This document shows positions 12,501 through 21,682 of a stretch of 64,000 bases of DNA, piece after piece. The stretch covers positions 1,536,001 to 1,600,000 of the forward strand of contig CAXXYE010000009.1 in NCBI GenBank assembly GCA_963674865.2, in the 5' to 3' direction. A model generated the notes under the pieces. That model made no database searches. It saw only the letters and a program-made list of their open reading frames with translations, and was not told the DNA's origin. How positions within the stretch are numbered: position 1 is the first letter of the stretch; each line of letters opens with the position of its first letter. This DNA comes from Candidatus Hydrogenedentota bacterium (GTDB lineage: Bacteria; Hydrogenedentota; Hydrogenedentia; Hydrogenedentales; SLHB01). The translations under genes and the position numbers were made by a program.

Positions 12501-12721
12501 ACGCCAATCAGGCCGGCAAGAAGAATTGCCAGCGATAAGAGACGGCCCACCACGCCCAGGTGTATCCAGTGGTCCACGAGGATATACAGCGTGATGAAGA
12601 GGGCGATGCCTAGGCAGGCGGCCGCCCCCGCTTTGAGGAGAGCCAGCGCGACCAGCCATCGCCGGACGCCCTTAACCCGCTCGACGAGGTCCTGAAGTAG
12701 TGTTTGCGTAGAATCAGTCAT
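9593..12721 (-). CDS. Large membrane protein, DUF4175-like, with Ig-like and coiled-coil regions
   Basis: Three N-terminal TMs; DDFGL motif; YFIEIRP; long E/Q-rich helical C-terminus; operon position. Confidence 0.65.
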   Translation of the reverse strand: MTDSTQTLLQDLVERVKGVRRWLVALALLKAGAAACLGIALFITLYILVDHWIHLGVVGRLLSLAILLAGLIGVLFYVLRSLVGHISCSNAANHIERQLALEQQLVTAVEYYEGGEGYPYSRSLADHLVRQISRKSEGLDFASTIPKWQAIACALAVVLGLGLATFYLQHNVRFLSRYLTRLMNPLAAVEPIPTTQLTVKTGDILTEPNVSFELAASIEGYLPREGKLLVGEAEDETVIVQNMTLAPTYDSEEKPQFAAHIALPVGRYAYHFQTSGSQSDTHAITVANLAKIASIYADVTPPFPEAGERYTEQVEDQTLAALKNSTITLRVNVTESLSGADVTGVDGQAIESRLDAEKTFSCDLVATKEGFVNFRLTNAGGVTNDNIPGLQVLLKKDAPPEFNVLSPGGDYLATNVSSVPIAFEVSDDFGLKAAALVIEMGADAPKTYPASLVQGTRSSTVAHTLELDTFDLDIGDSILYYATAEDVDVGLEGEHGEVVSDIYFIEIRPYRRLWHRTSPGLPHDSTKQGLEIDPALVHTVLPKILEYTRAILKKTWVIANKPDLSDEDRERLESINQDLDFVTEQLTLIRDDPRARFTRSQVAAINEVLDSYGQASQALSRHDARAAVPPEKNAYQALRKLILMLHMAMGSASGTPPPPGPDAVTLEEEVHLVRFEKEQIQWELERIANKLEELEAEQEQLKREFDRFLEQARKDKQAQETTDEESRIDSNEQTEASQDNRENGGSEGGGGQEESTASVEGVLPPPPEGQNAQSSGSGDVGAAGQGQGVFGAPSTQEGAREATREEQLFMLQAKQASLKETAEQLRQELARLRQAAGKQDKAEAKELQKAEELVKEAIQEMAAFEQAMSRAFYESGGTDASLAEARRALEQASIHLSEAVEQVIEQTAQSEDEKLAEKYERLAKELSQLAQELENTVDPAARQELLARFEEITKFIEEMPGRNPYEDIFSGRADPTAPDYGGGGNLSDTKPWEVAHHIAHEFWSKAIQARKQRSALSERPASDAEYYRVEKQFYEEAAKFGE

Positions 12722-14769
12722 TAGCGCTTCAACCGGTTAGCCAAGAACGCCTCAACCAGTAACAGGGCAATAGCGGCCCAGGCCATTTCCCGCCACAAGG
12801 GCCGCGTCGCCTGATTGCCGGCGACCGCAGCTTCTTGAAGGCCGGATAGGGATTTCTGACGGAATACCTGGTCGAGAAGCCGCACAATGCGTGCATTGCT
12901 CGCCGGCACCATATCTGTTTCCCCTTCCGGCACGTTGATGCCGGCATAGCGGAGAGGACGCGCCAGCGAGCGGAGCCATCCGGGGGAGGTCGCCGCGGGG
13001 GCGGTAAGCCGCGATCCGGCGGCTGTTGCCTGGACCTCCGTCCCATTGGGCGTCACGACCCAAGCCGCCTGTCGGCCCGGCGCCGCGGCGAGTTCAACAC
13101 TTGTGGCGGGGAGGGAGGCGGATTCGCCGCACAGGAACGTGAGTTCGTGGACGCCCTCTTTTTCGCCAAGGAGGTAGCGGCAGAAGGCTACTGCCGCGGG
13201 TGATTTAAGAAGCGGGCCGAGCGAATCGTCTGCGCTGGTATTGACGAGTATGGTGGCGCCTTTTCCGATGGGCAGGTAGTGGAGGAATCCGACGCCGTTC
13301 GACAATACCCACAACCGCTCGGCCCCCGGCTCTGTGCCGCAATCGTAATAACCGGCCAAAGGCAGTGACTCGATCCGATAATTGTCAAGAGCCCGTATCA
13401 CGCTCCCGTCGGGATTCAGAAGATCCCCAGCGAGGATCGCGCCCGAATTGGATGCAATGCTGACAGGCCCGGTGTGCCACGTGCCGGGCACGGCCGCCGC
13501 TACGCCGGCTTCGGCCAGTTGCTGGAAGCCCACGGCGTCCGCATCCGGTGGCGTGAAGAAGATGATGGTGCCCCCGCCCATGGCGAAAGCTCTCAACGCG
13601 TCCGCGCATTCGGCTATCCGCGCAGGTAGCGATGTGAGGACGACGGCGCTGGCTGCATCCAGCATGTGCGTGTCAAAATCGCGGTGCAGTATGTGGCGCA
13701 CGGTGAGATCGTCGAAAACGGAATTGCGCGCGAAGGCTTCCAGGGCCGTCTTGACGAGAAAACCCTCCCGAACGTTGAGCGATGTGACAAGCACGTGCTG
13801 CGAATCGCGCGCCGGAAGCGCCAGGCCCAAGTAGTAAGCGTCATCCTCCGCAAGTGGATCCTGTCCGTCCAAGGCGATTTCCACGGCAGCGTAGGCATCT
13901 GCGACGGCTGACGTGGGAACGTCGAGTCGAAAGACCCGCCGAAGTCCCGGCGCGAGATCGACTTGGGCGGTGACCACGTCGCGTCCCTCGACCTTGGCGG
14001 CAAGCGTTCGGTGTTGATCCTCCAGCCCGTAATTGGCCACAGCGACGGCAAGGCTGAGGCGTTCGCTGCCGACGCCCTGCGCGGCCGCGTCAACCACGGC
14101 GGCATTGCTCACCTTTTCGGCGCCGATGACCTCGTAGTCAAAAGAGTCCACGTAGACAGGTTGCGTGTCTTCATCAAGGATGGCCGTCATGGCGGGCGTG
14201 AAGTCGCTTGCCATCCAGGCCGTCACGATGTCGTGCTCATGTTCTTTGCCCTTTGCGCCGTGCAGGGCCGCCAAGAATGGCGCCATTTCGGCTGTACAGC
14301 CGGATACCGTTACGTCCTTCAACTGCGCGAGCGCTTCATTCTTGCTCAGATCTCTGTAGGCCGTGCCCGAAGCGAGGCAGTAGAAGTGAAACACCGCCTT
14401 GTCGGGAGCGCGGTTGATCGCTTCGGCCGCCGCGGCACGCAGCTTGTCCAGGTGGTCGCCGTAAGCCATGGACATGGAGTTGTCCAGGCCGAGGTAGAAG
14501 ACAGGCCGGGGCGGCTCTTGTCTGCCGGCCAACAGGATGGCGGGCCGCGCGAACAGGGCCGCTACGAGGAGAATGATGGCGCAGCGAATCAGAAGTACCA
14601 ACAGGTTGCGAAGACGCCGGCGGGACTGACTCTCCGTCTCGCCGAGCTTGAGGAATCGCATCATCGCAAACGGCACTCGGCGGTAGCGGGGCCGTGCCAG
14701 CAGGTGTGCGAGCAACGGCCCCGCTATCGCGAGACCCCCGAAGAGAAACATGATGCCGGAAAAAGTCAC
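12721..14769 (-). CDS. BatA-domain / VWA membrane protein
   Basis: PLLAHLL..R...VPF..MRFL BatA N-terminus; LDNSMSM MIDAS; C-terminal TM. Confidence 0.8.
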   Translation of the reverse strand: MTFSGIMFLFGGLAIAGPLLAHLLARPRYRRVPFAMMRFLKLGETESQSRRRLRNLLVLLIRCAIILLVAALFARPAILLAGRQEPPRPVFYLGLDNSMSMAYGDHLDKLRAAAAEAINRAPDKAVFHFYCLASGTAYRDLSKNEALAQLKDVTVSGCTAEMAPFLAALHGAKGKEHEHDIVTAWMASDFTPAMTAILDEDTQPVYVDSFDYEVIGAEKVSNAAVVDAAAQGVGSERLSLAVAVANYGLEDQHRTLAAKVEGRDVVTAQVDLAPGLRRVFRLDVPTSAVADAYAAVEIALDGQDPLAEDDAYYLGLALPARDSQHVLVTSLNVREGFLVKTALEAFARNSVFDDLTVRHILHRDFDTHMLDAASAVVLTSLPARIAECADALRAFAMGGGTIIFFTPPDADAVGFQQLAEAGVAAAVPGTWHTGPVSIASNSGAILAGDLLNPDGSVIRALDNYRIESLPLAGYYDCGTEPGAERLWVLSNGVGFLHYLPIGKGATILVNTSADDSLGPLLKSPAAVAFCRYLLGEKEGVHELTFLCGESASLPATSVELAAAPGRQAAWVVTPNGTEVQATAAGSRLTAPAATSPGWLRSLARPLRYAGINVPEGETDMVPASNARIVRLLDQVFRQKSLSGLQEAAVAGNQATRPLWREMAWAAIALLLVEAFLANRLKR

Positions 14770-15668
14770 ATCAACCGCTTTCGTCTGCCCAGATAGGCCA
14801 GGAATGCCTTATCCAAAGGCTCGGATGTATCCAATAGACAGTAGTCCATGCCGCTCAGGCCCGCGCTTCGCCGGACCTCCTCCGTGAAAGCGTTGACTCG
14901 CTCACGGTAGGCCGCTTGGAGGGAACGTGGAAACGCCCTGACTCTGTCGGATGACTCGAGGTCGCGAAACTCCACGAGCCCATCGTAGTCGAGGGCGAGT
15001 TCCTGGTGGTCGAGGGTGTGAAAAATGATGACATCGTGGCGTAGGTACTTGAGATGGGCCAGGCCGGTGTAGATATCCTCCTCGTCATCGATTAGATCCG
15101 AGATCAGCACCACGATGCCCCGGCGATGAGTTGTCTCGGCCAGGGCATGCAGTACGTGGGCCAAGTTGGTTCGCCCACCAGGTTCCCCCTGTTGCAGTGT
15201 CACGAGAATTGCGTTGAGGTGCGTGCGCCGCGATCTTGGCGGTATTCTGGCCGTCACGCGCTCCGCAAACCTTACCAGGCCGACGCTGTCGCCCTGGCCA
15301 AGCATGAGGTACGCCAGGGAAGCCGCCAGCATTGCGCCATAATCGAGCTTGCTTACGGTGCCCTCCCCACGGAACGTCATGCTGTTGCTGGTGTCGAGAA
15401 GGATATACACCGGGACGTTCGTTTCCTGGAGGAACTCCTTGACGTAGAGCTTGTCGCTGCGGCCGAACATCTTCCAATCAATGAACCGCAGCTCATCTCC
15501 AGGCTCATATTGACGGTGATCACTGTACTCGACGCTGAAGCCGTGGAAGGGGCTCGGGTGCAAGCCTGCGTAAAACCCTTCCACAGCGCAGCGCGCAATG
15601 AGTTCCATGTTGCCCAGACGGCTCAAGACCTCCGGGACAAGATACTTCCTCGCGGCAAGAGCGACCAT
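14766..15668 (-). CDS. DUF58 domain protein
   Basis: GLHPSPFHGFSVEYSDHRQYEPGDELRFIDWK; LDTSNSM. Confidence 0.92.
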   Translation of the reverse strand: MVALAARKYLVPEVLSRLGNMELIARCAVEGFYAGLHPSPFHGFSVEYSDHRQYEPGDELRFIDWKMFGRSDKLYVKEFLQETNVPVYILLDTSNSMTFRGEGTVSKLDYGAMLAASLAYLMLGQGDSVGLVRFAERVTARIPPRSRRTHLNAILVTLQQGEPGGRTNLAHVLHALAETTHRRGIVVLISDLIDDEEDIYTGLAHLKYLRHDVIIFHTLDHQELALDYDGLVEFRDLESSDRVRAFPRSLQAAYRERVNAFTEEVRRSAGLSGMDYCLLDTSEPLDKAFLAYLGRRKRLM

Positions 15669-15672
15669 GATG

Positions 15673-16701
15673 CTATTTCGGAAGCGGTGTCCGCTCGAGC
15701 ACGTTGACGATAACCTGCTCGACCGAGACGCCGTCGGCTTCGGCGTTGAAGTTGGGAATCAAGCGATGGCGCAGCACCGACGGGCACACCGCCTTGACGT
15801 CCTCGAAACTCGGATTCACCCGTCCCTGAATAAGGGCCCTGGCCTTGGCGCCGAGCGCCATGAACTGGGCGGCGCGGGGGCCTGCCCCGAACTTCAGGTA
15901 TTTCTTCACGTTTTCCGTCGCAAGTTCATCCGTGGGCCGCGTCGCTCTCGCCAGGCGTACGCAGTACTCGATTACGGTGTCGCTGATAGGCATGGCCCGC
16001 AGGAGTTTCTGGAACTGAAGAATGTCATTCTTGCTCAGGACGCGTTGGACGGGGCGCTGATGGCCCATCGTTGTGCGTTTGACGATCTCATGCTCCTCGT
16101 GGGCCTTGGGATAGTCGATGTATACCATGAACATGAATCGATCGCGGGCCGCCTCCGGCAACGCATACGTGCCCTCCTGTTCGATGGGATTCTGCGTCGC
16201 CAGGACGAAGAACGGCGTGTCCAGCCGGTACGTGTGGCCCGAGGACGTGACCTCACGCTCCTGCATAGCCTGGAGAAGTGCCGCCTGTGTCTTGGGAGGT
16301 GTCCGGTTGATCTCGTCCGCGAGAATGACGTTTGCGAAGATCGGCCCCTGCACGAACTGATACCGGCGCTCCTGAGTCGCCGGGTCCATCTGGATGATCT
16401 CCGTGCCCGTGATGTCGGAGGGCATCAGGTCGGGGGTGAACTGGATGCGGTTGAATTTGAGGTCCAGTGCCTCCGAGATCGAGTGTACCAACAACGTCTT
16501 TGCAAGTCCGGGGACGCCCTCGACGATGCAGTGCCCGGCTGACAGCACGCAGCTCAAGACCCCGTCGATCACCTCATCTTGCCCTATGATGACGTTGTGA
16601 ATCTCCCGTTTCAGCGCTTCGTAGGCCTGATCCAAGCGAGCGACCAACTCGCCCCCGTTCACCTTACTGTCGGCCATTGTCTCCACCACCTTCTCTGCCA
16701 T
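15673..16701 (-). CDS. moxR: MoxR-family AAA+ ATPase
   Basis: GVPGLAKT Walker A; RIQFTPDLMPSD; ILADEINR; ATQNPIEQEGTY; GAGGAG RBS before ATG 16701. Confidence 0.93.
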   Translation of the reverse strand: MAEKVVETMADSKVNGGELVARLDQAYEALKREIHNVIIGQDEVIDGVLSCVLSAGHCIVEGVPGLAKTLLVHSISEALDLKFNRIQFTPDLMPSDITGTEIIQMDPATQERRYQFVQGPIFANVILADEINRTPPKTQAALLQAMQEREVTSSGHTYRLDTPFFVLATQNPIEQEGTYALPEAARDRFMFMVYIDYPKAHEEHEIVKRTTMGHQRPVQRVLSKNDILQFQKLLRAMPISDTVIEYCVRLARATRPTDELATENVKKYLKFGAGPRAAQFMALGAKARALIQGRVNPSFEDVKAVCPSVLRHRLIPNFNAEADGVSVEQVIVNVLERTPLPK

Positions 16702-16766
16702 GAACATTCTCCTCTGAAAGGCCGCTGCGTCATTCTTCAAGCGACTGCGCGAGATACTCTATATTC

Positions 16767-16782
16767 AGCAACTCATGTGCCC
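16767..16782 (-). promoter_or_regulatory. Putative sigma-54 (-24/-12) promoter of the moxR operon
   Basis: Minus strand GGGCAC-ATGAG-TTGCT about 65 nt upstream of moxR, with an AT-rich tract upstream. Confidence 0.55.
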
Positions 16783-17405
16783 GTATGTCCCGTGTTCTAT
16801 AAGTCATTCTATACGATTAGGTTAACTCGCTCCCGCAGCCTCGCCTGGACAGTAGGTCTGGCGAAAATGGCCACCTCTTGGTGCGTAGCCCCCAGATCTT
16901 GCACAGGGCAGGAACTCTACGTTACTACAACGGAACAGGCGGAACATTCTTAGCTCATGCATAGAAACCCCTAAGGATTCGTCCCTCTGGCGCGTTCCGG
17001 CGCCGAGAACCCTCCTCCTCCTAGGCTTGACTCACCCCGTGCAGATGGCTGCTTGTGTCTCGTTGGATCCTGTGGGCCAACCGTACACTGGGAAAACGCG
17101 GCGATCAACGCTACTGTTGACATCCTTCGATGCTTCAATACATGAACATGCGCAACGGTTCCGATCACTTAGTGAACCGAATCATGGGATGACGGGATAC
17201 TCCGGCGGTGTCTGACGACACCTCATTCCCATTCACTATTGAGACGCTACAAGCCCCCGAGAGGTGACATGTTTGTTTCGCGAAGATCTCCGGTGCACGG
17301 TAAATTCTTCGAAATCAACGAATAAAGCCCTCCGCTACGCCAGAAGCACGTAGCAAAGGGCAAAAAACTCGCCCATTCGCACTCGCTGTTGGAGCGCGTG
17401 GACGG

Positions 17406-19553
17406 CTATTTCAGCGGCTTGACGCGAATGTTGCGGAACTCGAGCACGTCCCCGTGTCCGAGGAAGCCGATGTATCCCGTCTCCCGCAGAAGTCCGGGAT
17501 GTTCGTGGCCGTCCATGGGTCCCGGCGTGGCGGCTTTGACCACGTCCGCGCCGACGATGGTCGTTCCGTTGAGGTTCACGATGATGCGCGGGCCCTTCAC
17601 GATGACTTCCTCGACGTTCCACTCGCCCACGTCGTTTTGGGAGCCCGTCTTCGCAGGGACGACGCCATAGACGGAGCCGTGATACTGGTATGGCTTGAGA
17701 TGGGCGTATTTCTCCGCCGAATCGTCCAGAATCTGTAACTCGATGCCGTCGTAGGAGGGATGTCCCTTCGCCGGAACGTGGATACCAAGGCCATTGTTGG
17801 CCCCGGGCGTGAGTTTGAACTCGAATCGAAGGATGAAGTTGTCGTACTCATCAACGGTGAACAAGTTGCCGCCCGGACGGCAGAGGAGAACGCCGTCTTC
17901 CACCGAGTATCCGTCGGTGTCGCCTCGCCAGCCCGTCAGGTCGACGCCGTTGAAGAGCTCAATGAAACCTTCCGAGTCGGGAATCTGCTCAACGATGGCC
18001 ACGACGGCGTCCTGGGCCGCGGCTTCCTCATCCTCGCTCGGCGCTTCTGCAAGAAGTCCGAACAGGCGGGCGAGGTCGCCCTCCGAGGCGAGCACGCCCA
18101 ACGCGTTGAAGGCCGCAATGCGCACCGCCTCATCCTCGGATTCGATAGCCGCGAAGACGGTATCGAGCTGTCCCGTGGCCCGGCGCGCGGCCAGAATATC
18201 GAGCAGGGCCGGCTGCGTATCCGCCGGGGAATCCGGAAGCGCCTCGGCAACTGCCGGGACGAGAGACTCTGTCGGTAAGCGGAGCAGAGCACACTTGGCG
18301 GTGTCTCGCTCCTCGTCAGTCTTGGCCCTTTGGAGCGTCTTGAGCAGGCCGGGCACCGCCGCACCGCCGCCGAGTCGCGCTGATGCGTCGATGGCTGCCA
18401 TCCGCACGGGCTGTTCCGCGTCATCTAAGGCTTTCAGTGCCAATGGCAGGGCGGCCTTGTCTCCCCGCCGGCCAAGCATCGCGAGAATGTCTGCCCGGGC
18501 CTCCGTAGCCGCTCCCCGTGCTTTCCTCACCCATTTCTTCGTGAAGCGCTCGCCGGGAATCTCACAAGCGAGGTCGAGGGCAGCATTGCGGTATTCCTTG
18601 TCGCTACTCTCGGCGGCGGCCAAGAGGGCGCGCTTAGCGGTGCGGCCCTGGGACTGGGCCAGAAAGGCCAGCGCTGCTGCCCGCACATTGCTTTCCCCGG
18701 GATCGTGATGTGTCTTGAGCAAATCGCGGCACGCCCGTCGGGCCTGTTTCTCCTTGCCCTGCGCCGCAAGACGCCGTATGTACAGCAGGTAGAGCGAGGT
18801 GGCCTTCATGCGTTCGTAGGGCCGCCCGTTGTCGGCCGCCGCGGCCAGCATGCCCGCGGCTTCGGGGGCGCCGATATTCGCAAGCGCGTAAAGGCTTGTT
18901 AGACGGACTTTCCTGTCGGGATGGATGGCCCAATGGAGCAGCGTAGGCACGGCGGGGGCATAGCGGAGCTCGCCGGTTGCCTTGATGAGCGTGACGGCTG
19001 TAGCGTCCGTCGCGTCTGAAAGGGCCGTGCCCAGAGTCTCCGCCGCCGCCGGTGTGCCGATGGCCAACAGCGCTTGTGTGGCGGGCTCGCAGAGGTCCTC
19101 GTCCGACAACAACGCGCTGAGGGTGGGGACGGATGCGTCATCGCCCACCAGTTCGAGCTGGCTCATGAGAAAGGCGCGGACTTGTACATCGGCCAAGGCC
19201 GTACCGGGCTGCGCGTCTGACAGAGCCCTGCACAGGGATGCAGCGAGCATCGCGCGCTCCGAGTCGGCGCCCGCCCGTGAGGCGTGTTTTGCCAAGCCGC
19301 TGAGCGCGTAGCGGGCGGACGTATCATCTCCTGTTCCCGGCGGGACAAGCCCGGCGCAGATATCCGAGATCGCTTCGGGCCCAAGAGCCGCCAACTCGGT
19401 GAAGATCTGGTTGGCCTCCGCGGTGCTCTGCGCCGGAAGCCGTTCGAGCAGGCCCGTGACGGGCGACTGCGCCCCCGCCGTTGCGGCCAGACTCAGGAAG
19501 AGAACCAAGAGGCCCCGGGCCATAGTGATTCGCGTATGTGTGCTGCGTCTCAT
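17406..19553 (-). CDS. HEAT-repeat protein with C-terminal DUF1080 (3-keto-disaccharide hydrolase/lyase) domain
   Basis: Signal peptide; HEAT/PBS repeats; LFNGVDLTGW, NNGLGI, ELQILD, GEWN, FRNIRVK. Confidence 0.85.
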   Translation of the reverse strand: MRRSTHTRITMARGLLVLFLSLAATAGAQSPVTGLLERLPAQSTAEANQIFTELAALGPEAISDICAGLVPPGTGDDTSARYALSGLAKHASRAGADSERAMLAASLCRALSDAQPGTALADVQVRAFLMSQLELVGDDASVPTLSALLSDEDLCEPATQALLAIGTPAAAETLGTALSDATDATAVTLIKATGELRYAPAVPTLLHWAIHPDRKVRLTSLYALANIGAPEAAGMLAAAADNGRPYERMKATSLYLLYIRRLAAQGKEKQARRACRDLLKTHHDPGESNVRAAALAFLAQSQGRTAKRALLAAAESSDKEYRNAALDLACEIPGERFTKKWVRKARGAATEARADILAMLGRRGDKAALPLALKALDDAEQPVRMAAIDASARLGGGAAVPGLLKTLQRAKTDEERDTAKCALLRLPTESLVPAVAEALPDSPADTQPALLDILAARRATGQLDTVFAAIESEDEAVRIAAFNALGVLASEGDLARLFGLLAEAPSEDEEAAAQDAVVAIVEQIPDSEGFIELFNGVDLTGWRGDTDGYSVEDGVLLCRPGGNLFTVDEYDNFILRFEFKLTPGANNGLGIHVPAKGHPSYDGIELQILDDSAEKYAHLKPYQYHGSVYGVVPAKTGSQNDVGEWNVEEVIVKGPRIIVNLNGTTIVGADVVKAATPGPMDGHEHPGLLRETGYIGFLGHGDVLEFRNIRVKPLK

Positions 19554-19568
19554 GTCCTTCTCCGTGTC

Positions 19569-20840
19569 CTATACGTGCCAGGGAGCGCGCATCGGCTGAT
19601 CGATGAGGCGGTTCGCGGCATCGTCCCCCACAAAACGTTGATTTTCCGGATCGAAGCGAAGATTCCGGCCGAGCCGGACGGCGATTTTGCCCAGGTTGAC
19701 GAGCGTGCAGGAGCGGTGCCCGTTAGACTCATTGAGAGCGAACTTCCGCCGGTTCCGCACGGCCTCGTAGAAATCCGTCACCTGCGGCTCCGGGTCGGGG
19801 AACGCGGCGAGCTTCTCCTTGAGGTGCGGGATATCCGACTCAAAGCCGCGGAAGAGTTTACCGTCCGGCCCCTCGATGTACGGCACATTCTTGTCTTTGC
19901 CCTCGCCATCGAGAATGATCTCGCACCCGTCGGCGTATTTCATGCGGATGCGCCGCCAGGAACTGACGGCGTCCGGGTGTTGCTGAGGGGCATCCACCTC
20001 GATCTCCACCGGGCTCGTATCATCCTTGCCCAGGAAGTATTGCACGGGATCGATGTAGTGCTGGCCCATGTCGCCCAAGCCGCCGCCGTCATAATCCCAG
20101 TAGCCGCGAAACGAGCCGTGCACCCGGTGTGGGAAGTACGGCTTATAGGGCGCGGGCCCGAGCCAGAAATCATAGTCCAATTCGGGCGGCACAGGCTCCG
20201 GCGGCACGTCGGTCTTGCCGCTCCAGTAGAACTTCCAGCCGAATCCCGTTGTCTCGCCGATGGTAACCTTCAGCGGCCAGCCCAGCATGCCGCTCTCCAC
20301 GAGTTTCTTGATGGGCGCAACCGTTGTCCCGAATCCGTAGAAGCCGGAGCGAAAGCGGAACCAGGTGTTCAGGCGGAACATGCGCGCGTTGCGCTGGATG
20401 GCCTCCACCACGCGCTGGCCCTCGCCGATGGTGCGCGTCATAGGTTTCTCGCACCACACATCCTTCCCGGCCTCTGCGGCCGCAATCGATATCAGCCCGT
20501 GCCAATGGGGCGGCGTGGCGATGTGGACAACGTCGATATCGGGCCTCGTGAGCACTTCGCGGAAGTCGCGATAGCCCTTGACGCCGTCGGGAGCGGCTTC
20601 GAGTGCCTTTCTGAGATGGCCTTCATCCACATCGCAGGCGGCCAAGAGCCTTGCCCCACCGTAGCGCATGTGGCCTCGGCCCATGCCGCCGACGCCGATG
20701 ACGGCCTTCGTCAGTTCCTCACTCGGCGGAATATGGCCCGGCCCGCCGAGGACGTGGCGCGGGACGATGTTGAACGCGCCGAACGCTGCGGCGGTTTGCT
20801 GGATGAATCGACGGCGCGATAGGGGCGTCTTCTTCGGCAT
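19569..20840 (-). CDS. Gfo/Idh/MocA oxidoreductase with Tat signal
   Basis: SRRRF; IGVGGMG; ATPPHWH; CEKP; DMGQH. Confidence 0.9.
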   Translation of the reverse strand: MPKKTPLSRRRFIQQTAAAFGAFNIVPRHVLGGPGHIPPSEELTKAVIGVGGMGRGHMRYGGARLLAACDVDEGHLRKALEAAPDGVKGYRDFREVLTRPDIDVVHIATPPHWHGLISIAAAEAGKDVWCEKPMTRTIGEGQRVVEAIQRNARMFRLNTWFRFRSGFYGFGTTVAPIKKLVESGMLGWPLKVTIGETTGFGWKFYWSGKTDVPPEPVPPELDYDFWLGPAPYKPYFPHRVHGSFRGYWDYDGGGLGDMGQHYIDPVQYFLGKDDTSPVEIEVDAPQQHPDAVSSWRRIRMKYADGCEIILDGEGKDKNVPYIEGPDGKLFRGFESDIPHLKEKLAAFPDPEPQVTDFYEAVRNRRKFALNESNGHRSCTLVNLGKIAVRLGRNLRFDPENQRFVGDDAANRLIDQPMRAPWHV

Positions 20841-20940
20841 AATGGATTCCTTCCCAGTCGCGGGATAGCCACGGCAACTGCCAAAGCCCGGATTGTACTC
20901 CTCGACTCTCCGGGCTTCAAAGCCAATCCCGGCATGGGTG

Positions 20941-20946
20941 TATAAT
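20941..20946 (+). promoter_or_regulatory. Putative sigma-70 -10 box
   Basis: TATAAT about 21 nt upstream of ATG 20968 in a divergent intergenic region. Confidence 0.4.
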
Positions 20947-20967
20947 GCAGGGCGAAGGGGGCAAACG

Positions 20968-21663
20968 ATGGACAAGCATAAGTTGCGCGCGTACGTTACC
21001 TCGGCCGCGTTGATTACGGGCAACCTCGTCCCGCTTTGGGGGGTGTTCTTCGGAGGGTGGAACGTCGCCGTCCTCTTCCTGCTCTATTGGCTGGAGAACA
21101 TCGTCGTCGGCTTATTCAGTATCCTTCGGATGGCCACCTGCTGGGATCCGGCCCAGGGGCGCTCCGAGAACCTCCGCATGAAGGCCCTCACAATTCCCTT
21201 CTTCATCTTCCACTACGGCGCCTTCACTGCCTGGCACGGCATCATGCTGTATGCCTTCTTCCACGATCTTCTCAAAGAAGCCGCGACTTCCCCGCTTCCG
21301 GCCTTGGGGGCTTGGACGTGGCTCGGATGGCGGCCCGGCGGCGAGTTCCTTCTGGCGTTAGTCTCATTGGTGGCCAGCCACACGCTCTCCTTCATCTTAT
21401 TCTTCCTGGTGAATGGGGAATTCCGGAAGGCGAAAGCCCCGAACGAGATGCTCCGGCCCTACGTGCGGATTGTCCTGCTGCATGTTACCATCCTCGTCGG
21501 CGCCTTCCCGGTGGCGCTCACGGGCCAGGCATCGTGGGCGGTGGTGCTGTTTGTGGCGTTGAAGATCGGCATGGACTTGCGGGCCCACTGGGCCGAACAC
21601 AAGTCCCGTGCCCAGGCGGCCGGAGAGGGAGAGACTGCCGCGGACGGGGTGATGTCCGATTGA
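20968..21663 (+). CDS. Integral membrane protein (DUF6498-like)
   Basis: NLVPLWGVFF.GW...LYWLENIVVG; FFIFHYG.F; PYVRIVLLH. Confidence 0.7.
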   Translation: MDKHKLRAYVTSAALITGNLVPLWGVFFGGWNVAVLFLLYWLENIVVGLFSILRMATCWDPAQGRSENLRMKALTIPFFIFHYGAFTAWHGIMLYAFFHDLLKEAATSPLPALGAWTWLGWRPGGEFLLALVSLVASHTLSFILFFLVNGEFRKAKAPNEMLRPYVRIVLLHVTILVGAFPVALTGQASWAVVLFVALKIGMDLRAHWAEHKSRAQAAGEGETAADGVMSD

Positions 21664-21682
21664 CGGGATCGCCTCCCTCCCC

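Noticed and set aside
16790..17400. Long intergenic region as ncRNA or small-ORF locus
   Set aside because: No recognisable RNA motif or ORF with a convincing RBS
19284..20822. Long antisense ORFs (also 30297-31339, 34877-36121, 40380-41462)
   Set aside because: Shadow frames of well-supported genes in high-GC DNA
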